Shown: positions 10,204 to 21,364 of the stretch, piece by piece
Layout: every line of letters begins with the position of its first letter
Position numbering within the stretch: the stretch's first letter is position 1
Made by a program: the position numbers and the translations under genes
The notes under the pieces: model-generated
Database searches by the model: none
What the model was told of the DNA's origin: nothing
Seen by the model: only the letters and a program-made list of their open reading frames with translations
Source: an uncultured Phycisphaerales bacterium
GTDB lineage: Bacteria > Planctomycetota > Phycisphaerae > Tepidisphaerales > Tepidisphaeraceae
Direction: 5' to 3'
Length of the DNA: 64,000 bases
NCBI GenBank assembly: GCA_963755915.1
Contig: CAVWLP010000002.1
Location: 1,472,001 to 1,536,000, forward strand

Positions 10204-10238
10204 CTGGCAAGCTGTAACAGGATTTTTCAGGAGTCGTT

Positions 10239-13140
10239 TTGGCAAAAGGTACGCGAGTCAACATTCTGGCCAAGGAATTGGGCGTCGAGAGCAAGGTCAT
10301 TCTTCAGAAATTGAAGGATGAAGGGCTCGGCGACAAGGCGCCCAATCACATGAGCACCCTGCCGCTGGGACTGGCGGAGTCGGTACGCGAATGGTTCAGC
10401 ACCGCCGGGGGCGGGACGGCGGTGGAGACCGCGCCGCACGTGGAAGTTTCCACCAAGCAAAAGGCGGCTCGAAGCCGGAAGAAAAAAGAAGAGTCGGAGT
10501 CGGAGGCTCCCGATTCGGAAACCGCTGCGCCGCCAGCGGCTCCGGCGCTCGCGCCAGTTGCTCCGGCGCCGCGCCAGCGGCCGAAGTACCGGTGGTTGCG
10601 CCGCCGGCGCCAGCGCCCGCGGTGGTAGCGCCAGTCGCGCCGTTGCGCCGCCGCCCGCGCCTGCGAAAAAGCCGGCGCCGCCGGCGCCCGCGCCAGCGAG
10701 TGTTCCTGCAGCTGCGCCGGCTCCGGTTGTCCAAGCGGCGCCGCCAGCGCCACAGGCTCCGCGGCCTGCTCCGGCAGCGCCCGCTGCGTCGCCGCCGGTG
10801 ATGAAGCCCGCCGCGGCGGCGCCCTCCGCGCCGGCGGCCGCATCACCAGCGCCAGTGCCGGGAACGGAGCATCTTCGCCCGATGCGACCGACGGTGACGC
10901 TTGCCAGTCGCGCCGCGTCCCAGCAGCCGCCAGTGCGGAAGCCGGTCGTGCAGGCGCCGCAGCTTACGTCGCTGGAGCCGGCGAAAATCCAGGGTCCGCG
11001 CGTGGTTCGCATCGAAAAGCAGGAAGTCCAGGAGCCGCGTGCCCCGCGGCCACCGAGGCAGACCGAGCCGCCGGAATTCAACCCGGCGGTGCAGCGTGCC
11101 GGCCGGGGCGTTAAGGCCACCGATGAAGAGGACGAAGATGCCAAGAAGAAAGCCGCGGGGAAAAAGAGCGGCAGTCTCTCCAGCCGCCGGCGCGGCGGCA
11201 ACGACGGCCGTCGCGGGGAGGCGATGGAGAAGATCAAGGAATTTACCGACGCCGACCTGATCGCGCGCCGGGACGCGCTGAACGCCGCCGCCAGCTCGCG
11301 AAATGTCTTCGACAGCCACCTCCGCCAGATCGAAAAGCGCGGTACGCATGCCATCGCCAAGCCGATCACCGAGCGTGGAGAGCCGGTCACGATCGAAGAG
11401 CCGATCACGGTCCGGTCTCTGTCCACCGCGCTGGGGGTCAAGAGCAACGACATCATCTCGAAGCTGATGAAAGGGGGCGTCTTCGCTACGGTTAACCAGG
11501 CCCTGGATTCGGGGACCGCCCAGTCGATGGCGCTGGAACTGGGGGTCGAGCTGCGGATCGCGCAGAAGGCGACGCTTGAAGAAACGCTGCTGAGGGATCT
11601 GGACGCCCAGGCGCCCGACCCGGAGAAGCTGAAGCCGCGGCCTCCGGTGGTGACGATTCTGGGTCACGTCGACCACGGCAAGACTTCGCTGCTGGACAAG
11701 ATTCGCAACGCCAACGTCGCCGCCGGCGAGGCGGGCGGCATCACCCAGCACACGGCCGCCTGGATGGTCCAGCTTGGCGAAAAGCGGGTGACGTTCATCG
11801 ATACGCCGGGCCACCAGGCGTTTACCGCCATGCGCGCCGCGGGGCGAATATGACGGACGTTGTGGTGCTGGTCGTCTCCGCCGCCGAGGGCGTTCAGCCA
11901 CAGACCATCGAATCGATCAATCACGCCCGGGCGGCGGAAGTGCCCATCGTTGTGGCGATGAACAAGATCGACCGGGCCGATGCCGAGCCAAACAAGGTCC
12001 TGGGCCAGCTTGCTGCCGAGGGGCTGAACCCCGTTGAATACGGTGGCGACACGGAAGTGGTCCGCACCAGCGCCACCACGGGCCAGGGTGTTCCGGAACT
12101 GATCGAAATCCTGGACTTGCAGAGCCAGATCATGGAACTGAAGGCCGACCCGACGGCGCCAGCGCGGGAGCGTCATCGAAAGCCGCATGGATGAGGGGCT
12201 TGGGCCGGTGGCCACCGTGCTCGTGCAGGACGGCACGTTGAAGGTCGGGGACATCGGGCTGGCGGGCGCCGCCTTCGGGAGGATCCGCAGCCTGTTCAAC
12301 GACCGCGGCGAAAACGTGACCGAGGCCGGCCCCAGCACGCCGGTTATTATCAGCGGGTTGAACGAACTCCCCGCGAGCGGCGACAAGTTTTACGCCCTCG
12401 ACGACTTCGAGCGTGCCCGCTCGATTGCCGAGGAACGCCAATCGCAGCGCCGCCAGAGCGATCTCGCCGGCGCCAACCGCGTCACGCTCGACACCCTCTT
12501 CGATTCGATGAAGGCCGAGGAGATCAAGACGATCAACCTCATCATCAAAGGCGACGTGCAGGGCTCGGTCGAAACGCTGGCCAAGACCGTTACCGAAGCC
12601 AACACCAGCGAAGTGCGCGTTCGCGTGATCCACAGCGCCGTGGGCGGGATCAACGAAAGCGACGTGGAACTGGCGGATGCGTCCAACGCAGTGATCATCG
12701 GGTTCCACGTCGTGCCGGACGAAGCCGCCCGGCAGATGGCGGAGCAGCGGCGGGTGGAAATCCGCCTGTACCGCATCATTTACGAGATTCTCGACGACCT
12801 GAAGAAAGCGCTCTCGGGCCTGCTGGAGCCGGAAATCCGCGAGAAGCTCCACGGCCACGCGGAAATCCGCAGGGTGTACAAGGTTTCCAAGATCGGCAGC
12901 GTCGCCGGGTGCTTCGTTACCGACGGGCACATCCAGCGCGGAAGCAAGATTCGCCTGACGCGGGAAGGGATCATCGTGGTCGAAGACCTGGCGATGGAAT
13001 CGCTCAAGCGGCTGAAGGACGACGTGAAGGAAGTGAAGGCCGGGCTGGAGTGCGGCATCAAGCTGGCCGGCTATGACGACATCAAAACGGGTGACATCCT
13101 GGAAGCCTACGCCCGCGAAACTTTCCAGCGGACATTGTAA
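10239..13140 (+). CDS. infB: Translation initiation factor IF-2 (apparent frameshifts at ~10570-10640, ~11840 and ~12165)
   Basis: [34 protein letters not shown] and [10 protein letters not shown] motifs across consecutive ORFs. Confidence 0.95.
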
Positions 13141-13146
13141 TCACCA

Positions 13147-13428
13147 GTGAAAATCGGCGTGCTGCAAATTGAAATATTGGTGACCGACGCCATGTCGCTC
13201 AAAGACAAACGCCGGGTGGTCAAGAGCATCAAGGACCGGATCGCCAACGGGCACAACGTCTCCATCGCGGAGATCGGCGCCCTCGACGAGCACCGGCGCT
13301 CGATCCTGGGAATGGCCATGGTCGGGAACGACGGGCGATATGTCGAAGGCGCATTGAGCAAGCTGGTCGATTTCATCCGGGCGGTGCCGCAGGTGTCGCT
13401 GCTCGATTATCAGATTGAGATGTTGTAG
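13147..13428 (+). CDS. DUF503 (YlxP-like) protein
   Basis: SLKDKRRVVKS..DRI...NVSIAE motif; typical position between infB and rbfA. Confidence 0.85.
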   Translation: MKIGVLQIEILVTDAMSLKDKRRVVKSIKDRIANGHNVSIAEIGALDEHRRSILGMAMVGNDGRYVEGALSKLVDFIRAVPQVSLLDYQIEML

Positions 13429-13433
13429 ATCCC

Positions 13434-13871
13434 ATGTCCCGAAGAACCGAACGCGTCGCCAGCACGATCCAGCAGGAGCTGGGAATGATGATCCTGCGCG
13501 AGCTGAACGACCCGCGGCTGACGGGCATGCCCAGCATCACGCGAGTGAAGGTCAGCCCCGACCTAAGCAGCGCCGACATTTATGTGACCGTGATGGGCAC
13601 GCCGGGCCAGCAGGAAGCGGCGCTCAACGCCCTGCGCCACTCGGCCGGGCTGATGCGAACCCGCCTTACGAAGGAATTGACGCTGCGGGTGGCCCCGTTC
13701 CTGAAATTTCACCTCGACGAAGACCTGAAGAAGGAAATTGAACTCCTGGACGTCCTGCGGAAAGTCTCCGAAGAAAACGCGGAACTGGACCGCAGGCGCG
13801 CGGCAATGGAGAGGCTCAAAAAGGAAAGGCACAAGACGAACCCGCATGAAAAATTCCGCCAAACACGCTGA
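13434..13871 (+). CDS. rbfA: Ribosome-binding factor A
   Basis: RTERVA..IQ.EL, DPRL, V..DL..A, LRVAP.L.F..D. Confidence 0.92.
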   Translation: MSRRTERVASTIQQELGMMILRELNDPRLTGMPSITRVKVSPDLSSADIYVTVMGTPGQQEAALNALRHSAGLMRTRLTKELTLRVAPFLKFHLDEDLKKEIELLDVLRKVSEENAELDRRRAAMERLKKERHKTNPHEKFRQTR

Positions 13872-14463
13872 TGGATTGAAGCAACTGCACCGCCGGCTGC
13901 TGCGCGACGGCAAGCCCGAGCCGCGCCAGACGCTGGAACCACTCGATGCCTTCGTGCGCGGCGCGATGAGCTACGACATTAGCGACAGCCGCGCCGAGGA
14001 CGTGATGAAGGCCATTGGCCGGGAGTTCGTCGACCTCAACGAACTGCGCGTCTCCACCGACCTGGAGATCCAGGAGCTTCTCGGCGTCCGCTATCCCGCC
14101 ATGGAGGATCGCGTGGCGCTGATCACGCAGTGCCTGAACGACATGTTCGAGCGCGAGCACACCATGAGCCTCGACCGCCTGAAGACGATCAGCAAGCGCG
14201 ATGCGCGGCAGTTCCTGCGCGAGTTGCCGGGGATGGTGCCCTTCGTCGAGGCGTACGTGATGATGTTCGCCTTCGAAGGCAACGCCTTTCCCATCGACAA
14301 GGAGATGCTGGATTATTTGCGCGAGGAAGGGGTCGTCGACGAAGAGACGACGGTCGAGGAAGCGCAGAAATTTGTGGAGAACCACATCAAGGGCGAGGAG
14401 ATTTACGACTTTTACTGGGTCCTGCGCCGGGCGGCACTGAGCGGCAGAAGGGCCAGGTCATGA
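13846..14463 (+). CDS. HhH-GPD/endonuclease III-like fold protein, function unknown
   Basis: FVDLNELRVS, L..LPG and AFPID motifs; no obvious Fe-S cysteines. Confidence 0.55.
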   Translation: MKNSAKHADGLKQLHRRLLRDGKPEPRQTLEPLDAFVRGAMSYDISDSRAEDVMKAIGREFVDLNELRVSTDLEIQELLGVRYPAMEDRVALITQCLNDMFEREHTMSLDRLKTISKRDARQFLRELPGMVPFVEAYVMMFAFEGNAFPIDKEMLDYLREEGVVDEETTVEEAQKFVENHIKGEEIYDFYWVLRRAALSGRRARS

Positions 14464-15353
14464 CCGACCGCCTCCCTGCCGACACGCTGCGCCTGGGGCT
14501 TCCCAGCGGAAGCCTGCAGCAATCGACGATCGACCTGTTCGGCCGCGCCGGTTACCGGATCAACATCGCCGAGCGCAGCGTATTCCCGCGCATCGACGAC
14601 GACAAGCTGTCGGCGGTTCTCTTCCGCGCCCAGGAGATCAGCCGCTACGTCGCCGACAACATCGTCGATTGCGGCCTGACGGGTTACGACTGGATCGTCG
14701 AAAACGGCAACGACCAAGACGTCGTGGAAATTTGCGAGTTGGTCTATTCCCGCGCCAGCACCAACCCGATCCGCTGGGTCCTGGCGGTTCCGGATGAGAG
14801 CCCGGTGCGAAAGCCCGAGGAGCTGGACGGAAAAATCATCGCGACGGAGCTGGTAAACACCACGCGCCGCTATTTTGCCGAGCGCAAGGTGAAGGTGACG
14901 GTTGAGTTTTCGTGGGGAACTACGGAGATCAAGGCCCGCCTGCTCGACGGCATCGTCGAGTGCACCGAGACCGGCTCCTCGCTTCGCGCCAACAACCTGC
15001 GCGTCATCGACACGCTGCTCACGAGCACGACCCGGTTTGTCGCGAACAAGTCGGCGTGGAGCATCCCGTGGAAGCGTGAAAAGATGGAGAACATCGCGAT
15101 GCTGCTGAGAGGCGCGATCGAGGCGAAGGCCAAGATCGGGCTGAAGATGAACGTACCGGAGGATCGCCTAAGCGAAGTGGTTTCATTTCTGCCTGCCGAG
15201 AAAAGCCCTACCGTCAGCCGCCTGGCGGATTCCGCGTGGGTTGCTGTTGAGGTAATCCTCGAAGAGCGGCAGGAGCGCGAGCTTATCCCGCGCCTCAAGC
15301 GCGCCGGGGCGACGGGTATCATCACCTACCCTTTGAATAAGGTCATACCGTAA
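14460..15353 (+). CDS. hisG: ATP phosphoribosyltransferase (long form)
   Basis: LGLPSGSL, RAQEI, G.TG.D, IATE, TETGSSLRANNL; C-terminal regulatory domain. Confidence 0.93.
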   Translation: MTDRLPADTLRLGLPSGSLQQSTIDLFGRAGYRINIAERSVFPRIDDDKLSAVLFRAQEISRYVADNIVDCGLTGYDWIVENGNDQDVVEICELVYSRASTNPIRWVLAVPDESPVRKPEELDGKIIATELVNTTRRYFAERKVKVTVEFSWGTTEIKARLLDGIVECTETGSSLRANNLRVIDTLLTSTTRFVANKSAWSIPWKREKMENIAMLLRGAIEAKAKIGLKMNVPEDRLSEVVSFLPAEKSPTVSRLADSAWVAVEVILEERQERELIPRLKRAGATGIITYPLNKVIP

Positions 15354-15364
15354 AAGGCAAAACC

Positions 15365-16099
15365 ATGGCCGGACATAGTCACTGGGCAAAGATCAAGCGG
15401 GCCAAAGGATCCAACGACGCGAAGCGGGGGAAAATCTGGAGCAAGATCGCGCGGAAGATCATCATTGCCGCCAAGAACGGCGGCGACCCGCGCGACAACC
15501 TTTCGCTGCGCTACACGATCGACGAAGCCAAGGCCGCCAATATGCCGAAGGACACGATCGAGAAAGCGATCCTGAAGGGCACGGGCGAACTGGGCGCGGA
15601 AAACTACGAATCATTCGTCTACGAAGCCTACGCCCCCGGCGGCGTCGCGCTGATGATCGACGCCCTCACCAATAACCGCTCCCGCACGGCGCCCGAGCTG
15701 CGATCGATCCTGGAAAAACACGGCGCGAACCTGGCCACCTCCGGGGCCGTCGCTTTTCAGTTCATCAAGCAGGGGATCATCACTATCAAATCATCCGCCG
15801 TCAGCGAGGACAAGCTGCTCGATCTGGGCCTGGAGGCCGGCGCCGACGACGTGAAAAACGAGGGAGAGGTTTTCGAGGTGATCACTTCGCCCGCGAGTTT
15901 TCTGAAAGTAAAGGACGCCATCGCGGCGGCCAGCATCGCGATCGAAGCCTCGGAGATCACCAATGTTCCCACCAGCACGGTCCCGATCGACGCAGAACGG
16001 GCCCAAAAACTGCTGAAGCTGATTGACGTGCTGGAGGATAACGACGATGTGCAGACGGTGAGCCATAATGCGGAGATACCGGAAGGGGTGGGGGTATGA
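15365..16099 (+). CDS. yebC: YebC/PmpR family protein
   Basis: MAGHSHWAKIK, NMPKD, YEAYAPGGVA, LEDNDDVQ.V..N. Confidence 0.95.
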   Translation: MAGHSHWAKIKRAKGSNDAKRGKIWSKIARKIIIAAKNGGDPRDNLSLRYTIDEAKAANMPKDTIEKAILKGTGELGAENYESFVYEAYAPGGVALMIDALTNNRSRTAPELRSILEKHGANLATSGAVAFQFIKQGIITIKSSAVSEDKLLDLGLEAGADDVKNEGEVFEVITSPASFLKVKDAIAAASIAIEASEITNVPTSTVPIDAERAQKLLKLIDVLEDNDDVQTVSHNAEIPEGVGV

Positions 16100-16138
16100 G
16101 CGCTCTCTCGAATTGGCACGGGCGCCATTGGGATTATG

Positions 16139-17044
16139 CTAATCTGCGAACACCGGTAACGGGGTCGCATAGTTCCGGGGATCCATTTGCTTATCAAGGG
16201 GGTTGGGAAAATGCAGGTCAAAGAAGCACCAGACCATGCCAAGGACGAAAATTACAAAGAGCCAGAACGTCCACCGCCGAGCCGGTTTTTTCCCCTTGTC
16301 GGCTTCAGCAGTCCGATGACGTTTGAGCTCGTGAAAATCTGCCAGTGCAAGAATAATTTCGCTTTCAGACATGCCTGCGACCGAGGGTTTTTCCGGGGGA
16401 TCAGGGAAGTAAGCCGAGACCAGGTCTTTCAGCGCACGAAACAGAAGAACAAGCGCGATGAGCGAGGCATCGGCGACAAGAACATTCTCCGGGCTGATGC
16501 CGGGGACACAGTACTTGGCTGCGATATAAGATAGCGCGAGGCAAAAGAAAGTTACAACGGTTCTCCACACCCGATTTTTGAGCGGAACCTTTTCCTTTCG
16601 TTCCTCTATGACGAACTTCGCCAGGAAATCCCAGATGACATATATTACGAATATCTTCCACAGCCAGCCGGCGTCGGCGCTGGCATCGGGCACGTATTTA
16701 AATGCGTTGTTTCCCTCTCCCGCTTTTTCAAAATCGACCGAGCGGACGAGGAGGAAATAAATGATAACCAGCGCCATATCGAGCAAGAGGAGGACGAACT
16801 CCCATTCGAGGACTTTTCTGACGTTGCGCTGAGCCCCCGGCGAGGGACTTTTGCTCCAGCCCACAAAGCTCGCCGCGATAAGGAACGTAGCCAGAACCAA
16901 ATGAGCGTATCCCGGCAGGAAGTGGACGAAATTTCTGAGCTTGAAGAGGGACGCGAGTTCAATTCCAACTTCGCCGACGGCGACCGCGAACACCATCGCG
17001 ATGAATTCGTGACGCAGCTCGGGTTTCGACGATTCGCTCGCCAT
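16139..17044 (-). CDS. Multi-pass membrane protein (about 7 TM), unknown function
   Basis: 301-aa ORF with repeated hydrophobic helices; starts 17 nt after the upstream gene's stop; less GC-biased codon usage than neighbours. Confidence 0.75.
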   Translation of the reverse strand: MASESSKPELRHEFIAMVFAVAVGEVGIELASLFKLRNFVHFLPGYAHLVLATFLIAASFVGWSKSPSPGAQRNVRKVLEWEFVLLLLDMALVIIYFLLVRSVDFEKAGEGNNAFKYVPDASADAGWLWKIFVIYVIWDFLAKFVIEERKEKVPLKNRVWRTVVTFFCLALSYIAAKYCVPGISPENVLVADASLIALVLLFRALKDLVSAYFPDPPEKPSVAGMSESEIILALADFHELKRHRTAEADKGKKPARRWTFWLFVIFVLGMVWCFFDLHFPNPLDKQMDPRNYATPLPVFAD

Positions 17045-17060
17045 GAGAGCTTACAACGAA

Positions 17061-18113
17061 TCAGTAGTAATCTGTTTCAACGTGATGTTCTATAAGCTTT
17101 GGTTCCCGCCCTGCACTCTGGCACACGGCCGAGAAGGGGCATCGCCGCCGGCCGTCGGGATGGATGGCAAGCGGCACATATCGGGCCGGCAGGGTGCATG
17201 AAGGCGGACACGCCAGGCAATGTGGATCTGTTCGCGTACAACAGCTTCGGAAAACATTCCAAAAGAGATAATGGAGACGGCTCGGATCGCGGAGACCGCT
17301 TAACTCCGAAATCCGCATGATCGCGTCGTGGACGGCCGTTCGGATCGCAATGTCTTCTTCGGCGGAGATTTCGGTGCCCTGGAGCAATTTGGATCGAAGC
17401 TGATCGTCGAGAATCCTCGCCGTGCCGATGCGAAGGTGGCCGCGGATTTCATGGTAGTCCACCGGGGGACCAAGATTCTGGGGGTCGGTGTAGTGCCACT
17501 TTGCGGTGTTTCGCATCAATGCGAGGAAGAAATACGATTTTTTTCTTACTGGGTCGTCATAGGCACGGAACTGGGCCAGGAGGCCCAGGAGATTGGGATC
17601 ACCAACGGCGATGCGTCCCTGGCTTAAACGAAAGAAATCATCGGCATATTCCCAGCGGCGGCCCAGCATGACCTGACCGAGATTCCTGATCAGTGAGGCC
17701 CTTCCGGCCGGGTCGGATATTCGATCACCGTTTTGTGAATCCCTGAAGATTTGCAGCACGTCGTCGGCACTTGCCTGAGCCCATCTCGAAGGCAGAAGGA
17801 ACTCTCTTCGCGTGCGGCACGCATCTTCGAGCTTTGCCGAGAGATAATCCCATCCTCGCAAATGGCGTCCAGCCACATCGCCCTCGAGGGGGGGCCTGCC
17901 GAGGGGGGAGGTTTGATGGCAAATGGCGACGAGCAAGAGATAAAAATTTCCGATTTCCTTTCCGGCGAAACCGGCCAGGTTCGTGTCTTCCCGATCCGAT
18001 GGAATGGCCTTTCCGCTTAAAAGCCCGGCTACCGCCGAGCACATGGCTTCGTCAACGACGACTTGCACAAGATTGGGCCGGAAAGATGGCTTATGCTGGA
18101 CGATCATTTCCAA
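17061..18113 (-). CDS. Qng1/DUF2419 (queuosine-salvage)-like HhH-fold N-glycosylase with a C-terminal Cys cluster
   Basis: DPVRKKS, PVDYH..R..LRIG, EE..IR.A, LFW and terminal H..TDYY parallel the KRAQ, ADY, EVEIR, D..LW and H.....Y motifs of DUF2419; CC-x5-C-x2-C-x3-C...C-x5-C. Confidence 0.6.
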   Translation of the reverse strand: MEMIVQHKPSFRPNLVQVVVDEAMCSAVAGLLSGKAIPSDREDTNLAGFAGKEIGNFYLLLVAICHQTSPLGRPPLEGDVAGRHLRGWDYLSAKLEDACRTRREFLLPSRWAQASADDVLQIFRDSQNGDRISDPAGRASLIRNLGQVMLGRRWEYADDFFRLSQGRIAVGDPNLLGLLAQFRAYDDPVRKKSYFFLALMRNTAKWHYTDPQNLGPPVDYHEIRGHLRIGTARILDDQLRSKLLQGTEISAEEDIAIRTAVHDAIMRISELSGLRDPSRLHYLFWNVFRSCCTRTDPHCLACPPSCTLPARYVPLAIHPDGRRRCPFSAVCQSAGREPKLIEHHVETDYY

Positions 18114-18312
18114 TTTGGCGAATGGCGCCTACGATCGCGAGACTTTGAGTTCGGACAACTGCGAATTGTAGCATTACAATCGCTCGCCGCAAAAAAGCCG
18201 CTCGAAGATTAATTCCGCCGTTCTACGAATGATTTCAGCCTCCCCAGCGCATCCTCCCACTGCCGCGCGATGGTATCGAGCCTGCGACAAGCAATATCCA
18301 AGGCCTACACCC

Positions 18313-19200
18313 TCACGCCTTCACCAAAAAATCCCTGCTCCCAATCAGCCCGCGCTTCTCCCCATCCTCCGAGCCGTTGAAATCCCGGTCCTCCAGCTCC
18401 ACGCTGACGGCCCCCGCATACCCGGCACTCTTCAGCGCCGCCAGCATTTCGCGCCACGGCGCGCTTCCCCGGCCGGGAATGCAATATCGCCAGCAGTGCC
18501 CGCCGAACGGAATCACATCCGCCAGCGTCGCCGGCTGGAGATTGCCGAATTCGTACAGTTTTTCCGGCAGAATCTCGGTGTCCTTCGCATGCACATGGCC
18601 GACTCGCTTTCCAAAGTCGGCGAGAAATTGCCGGGGGTCGATCCCCATGCGGATCAGGTGCGACGGGTCAAAATTGATGGCCAGGGCGTCGCTTTTTGTT
18701 TCGCGAAAGAATGCGCGAAGACTTTCGGGCGTGGCGCAGAAGGCCGGGTAATAGGGATAGCTGCCGGGATATCCTTCGATGACAATCCGCGCCCCGGCGC
18801 CGCTGATCGACTGGGCAAGGGAGGCATACCCATCGACAGCAAATTTGAAACTTTCCTTGCGATCGCATGCATCCTCTTCCGGAAAAACGACGGTGAAAAA
18901 ATTCAGCACACCAAGCTTGGCGACCGATTTGATATGTTCCGCAGCCGCCGCCACGGCCGCCTTGCGCTTCCCGCCATCGGCGCTGGCCAGGGTAGACCAG
19001 GGCTTTTTCACATCCACCGATCCTATCCCCAGCCCGGCCGACAGCACTGTCTTGACCTGATCGGCCGAAGCGTCCCCCAGGTCAATGGCCTCAAACCCAT
19101 TCGCCTTGGCGAAGGCGACGACATTTTCAAGATTTTTCTGCCAGTCGCTCCACCCCTGTCGAAATCCGATCGGAAACGAGCCGGTCAATGTCTTTGCCAT
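18313..19200 (-). CDS. Sugar phosphate isomerase/epimerase (xylose isomerase-like TIM barrel)
   Basis: IE, NFDPSH, HVHAKD, PG.G, SVELED motifs. Confidence 0.88.
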   Translation of the reverse strand: MAKTLTGSFPIGFRQGWSDWQKNLENVVAFAKANGFEAIDLGDASADQVKTVLSAGLGIGSVDVKKPWSTLASADGGKRKAAVAAAAEHIKSVAKLGVLNFFTVVFPEEDACDRKESFKFAVDGYASLAQSISGAGARIVIEGYPGSYPYYPAFCATPESLRAFFRETKSDALAINFDPSHLIRMGIDPRQFLADFGKRVGHVHAKDTEILPEKLYEFGNLQPATLADVIPFGGHCWRYCIPGRGSAPWREMLAALKSAGYAGAVSVELEDRDFNGSEDGEKRGLIGSRDFLVKA

Positions 19201-19305
19201 AATTCACGGTTTATAACACGGCAAACAGAATTGGCCATTGCCGATTCGATTCATACCCGGACCTTCGCGCATCCTTCCCCCTTTGCTACACTGCGCCGCT
19301 CAGCT

Positions 19306-20990
19306 ATGTCCTACACCGTCCTGGCAAGAAAATATCGCTCGGCCAATTTCGATGAGCTCGTCGGGCAGGAGCACATCGCCAAAACGCTGAAGCGGGCCAT
19401 CGAGACCGACCGCATCGCCCACGCCTATCTCTTCTGCGGCACGCGGGGCACCGGAAAAACCAGCACGGCCAGAATCCTGGCCAAGGCTCTGAACTGCCAC
19501 AAATTCGACGCCCCCACGCCGACGCCCTGCGGGAAGTGCGATTCGTGCGTGGCCATCGCCCGCGGCGACGACATCGACGTCATCGAAATCGACGCCGCCA
19601 GCAACACCGGCGTGGATAACGTGCGCGAAATCATCGAAAACGCGCAGTACCGCCCGTGCGCAGCCGATTCAAGGTCTACATCATCGACGAAGTCCACATG
19701 CTCAGTAAGTCGGCGTTCAACGCGCTGCTGAAAATTCTGGAAGAGCCGCCGGGGCATGTGAAATTCATTCTCGCCACCACCGAGCCGGAAAAAGTTCTGC
19801 CGACAATCCTGTCTCGCTGCCAGCGATATGATTTCCGGAATATTCCCTCCAAGGAAATCGCGGCCCATCTGAAAGAGATCTGCAAGAAGGAAAAGATTTC
19901 CGCGGCCGAGGATGCGCTGGCACTTGTCGCCAAAGCCGGCGCGGGATCGATGCGGGATGCACTCTCCCTCCTCGACCGCCTACTGAGCCTCGGCGACAAA
20001 TCGCTGTCTGCCAAGGACGTCGAGCAAATCCTTGGCCTGCCGCGCGCCCAGGCAGTTTTCGAGCTGGTCGATTCCCTCGGCTCCGGCGACGTGAAACAGA
20101 CGCTGGAGCGCGCCGGCTCGCTCATCTCCGCCGGGCTTTCCCCCGACGCCCTCATCGCCGCGCTGTCGGACCACCTGCGGAACCTGCTCATCGCCCTGAC
20201 CTGCGGCCAGGACAGTGGGCTGATCGACATCCCCGGCTTGGGCGAAGCCGACCTTGCCGCCCAGGCGTCCCGTTTCGAGGCCGCTTCCCTCGCCCAGGAC
20301 ATTGCCATCCTCGAAGAGCTTCGCCGCACCATGCGCCAGAACCAGACGGGCCGGGCCATGCTCGACGCCACTTTGGTGCGAATCGCGCTGGCGGAGCAAT
20401 TTTCACCCATTAACCAGGCGCTGAGCGGCGGTGGGGCGGCGCCCGAAAAAAAAAAGCCTGAAGCGATAAGCCCCCGTCCTGCGGAAGTACCAATCCCCTC
20501 CCCTGGTACTCCCGCCTTGCGCTCTGAGTCTGAGGTTCGAGGAGGGGAGGATGAGGGGGAAGACCAGGAAGTCTTCGACACTCCGGCGAACCCTTCTTCC
20601 GACGCCCTCACCGCGCCTCATACGCCCGCAACCGGCGACCTCTGGTCCCACTACCTTGCCTCGCTCAACAACATCGGCTTTGCGAGCATCGTTCGCATGG
20701 CCAAGCTTACGGCCATTGAATCCGACGTCGCGATCATCAGCTTCCCGCGCACGGCCGAGAGCTTCGTCCGCCAGTGGTCTGCCAATGGCAAAAAGGATCA
20801 GATTGCCCGTGGCCTCACCGCTCTACGCGGGCAGCCGACCGGCGTCCGTTTGGAAATCGACGACGCCTCGCCGGCCCCCGTGCCGGTCGTCTCCACAAAG
20901 CCGGTTGAAGCAATCTCCGAAGCCGAAGCCGGCCCGATCGTACAATTCGTCCTTAAGGAATTTGGCGGCAGACTTGCCAAGGTGGAATGA
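19306..20990 (+). CDS. dnaX: DNA polymerase III subunit gamma/tau (error-type frameshift near 19660)
   Basis: [49 protein letters not shown]. Confidence 0.95.
20445..20469 (+). other. Putative recoding site in dnaX (A10 run / A-AAA-AAG slippery sequence)
   Basis: GAA AAA AAA AAG CCT GA: the -1 frame stops at TGA 20459-20461 and the +1 frame at TAA 20467-20469; located after the clamp-loader domains. Confidence 0.7.
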
Positions 20991-21328
20991 TGTTCGACGC
21001 CCTGAAAAACCTCGGAAATATCGGCGAAATGCTCAAACAGGCCCGGGAAATGCAGGGCAAGATGGCCGCCCTCCAGGAAGAGCTGGCCCGCAAACAGGTC
21101 TCCGCCGACGCCGGCGCCGGAATGGTCGAGGCGACGGTCAATGGCAAGCAGGAGTTAGTGAAGCTGAAGATCGACCGCCAGAAGATTGACGTTTACGACA
21201 CCGAGATGCTCGAAGCGGTCATCGTCTCGGCGGTTTCCGCAGCTCAAGCTAAAGCTTCCGAAATGATGAAGCAGGAGATGCAAAAGATGGTCGGCGACAT
21301 GGGAATCCCGCCGGGGCTGCTGCCCTAG
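20987..21328 (+). CDS. ybaB: YbaB/EbfC nucleoid-associated protein
   Basis: MLKQA..MQ, AGAGMV..TVNG, D.EMLE; directly after dnaX. Confidence 0.9.
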   Translation: MMFDALKNLGNIGEMLKQAREMQGKMAALQEELARKQVSADAGAGMVEATVNGKQELVKLKIDRQKIDVYDTEMLEAVIVSAVSAAQAKASEMMKQEMQKMVGDMGIPPGLLP

Positions 21329-21364
21329 GCGGAAATTCGATTTTTCCCGGCTACAATTCCGGCC

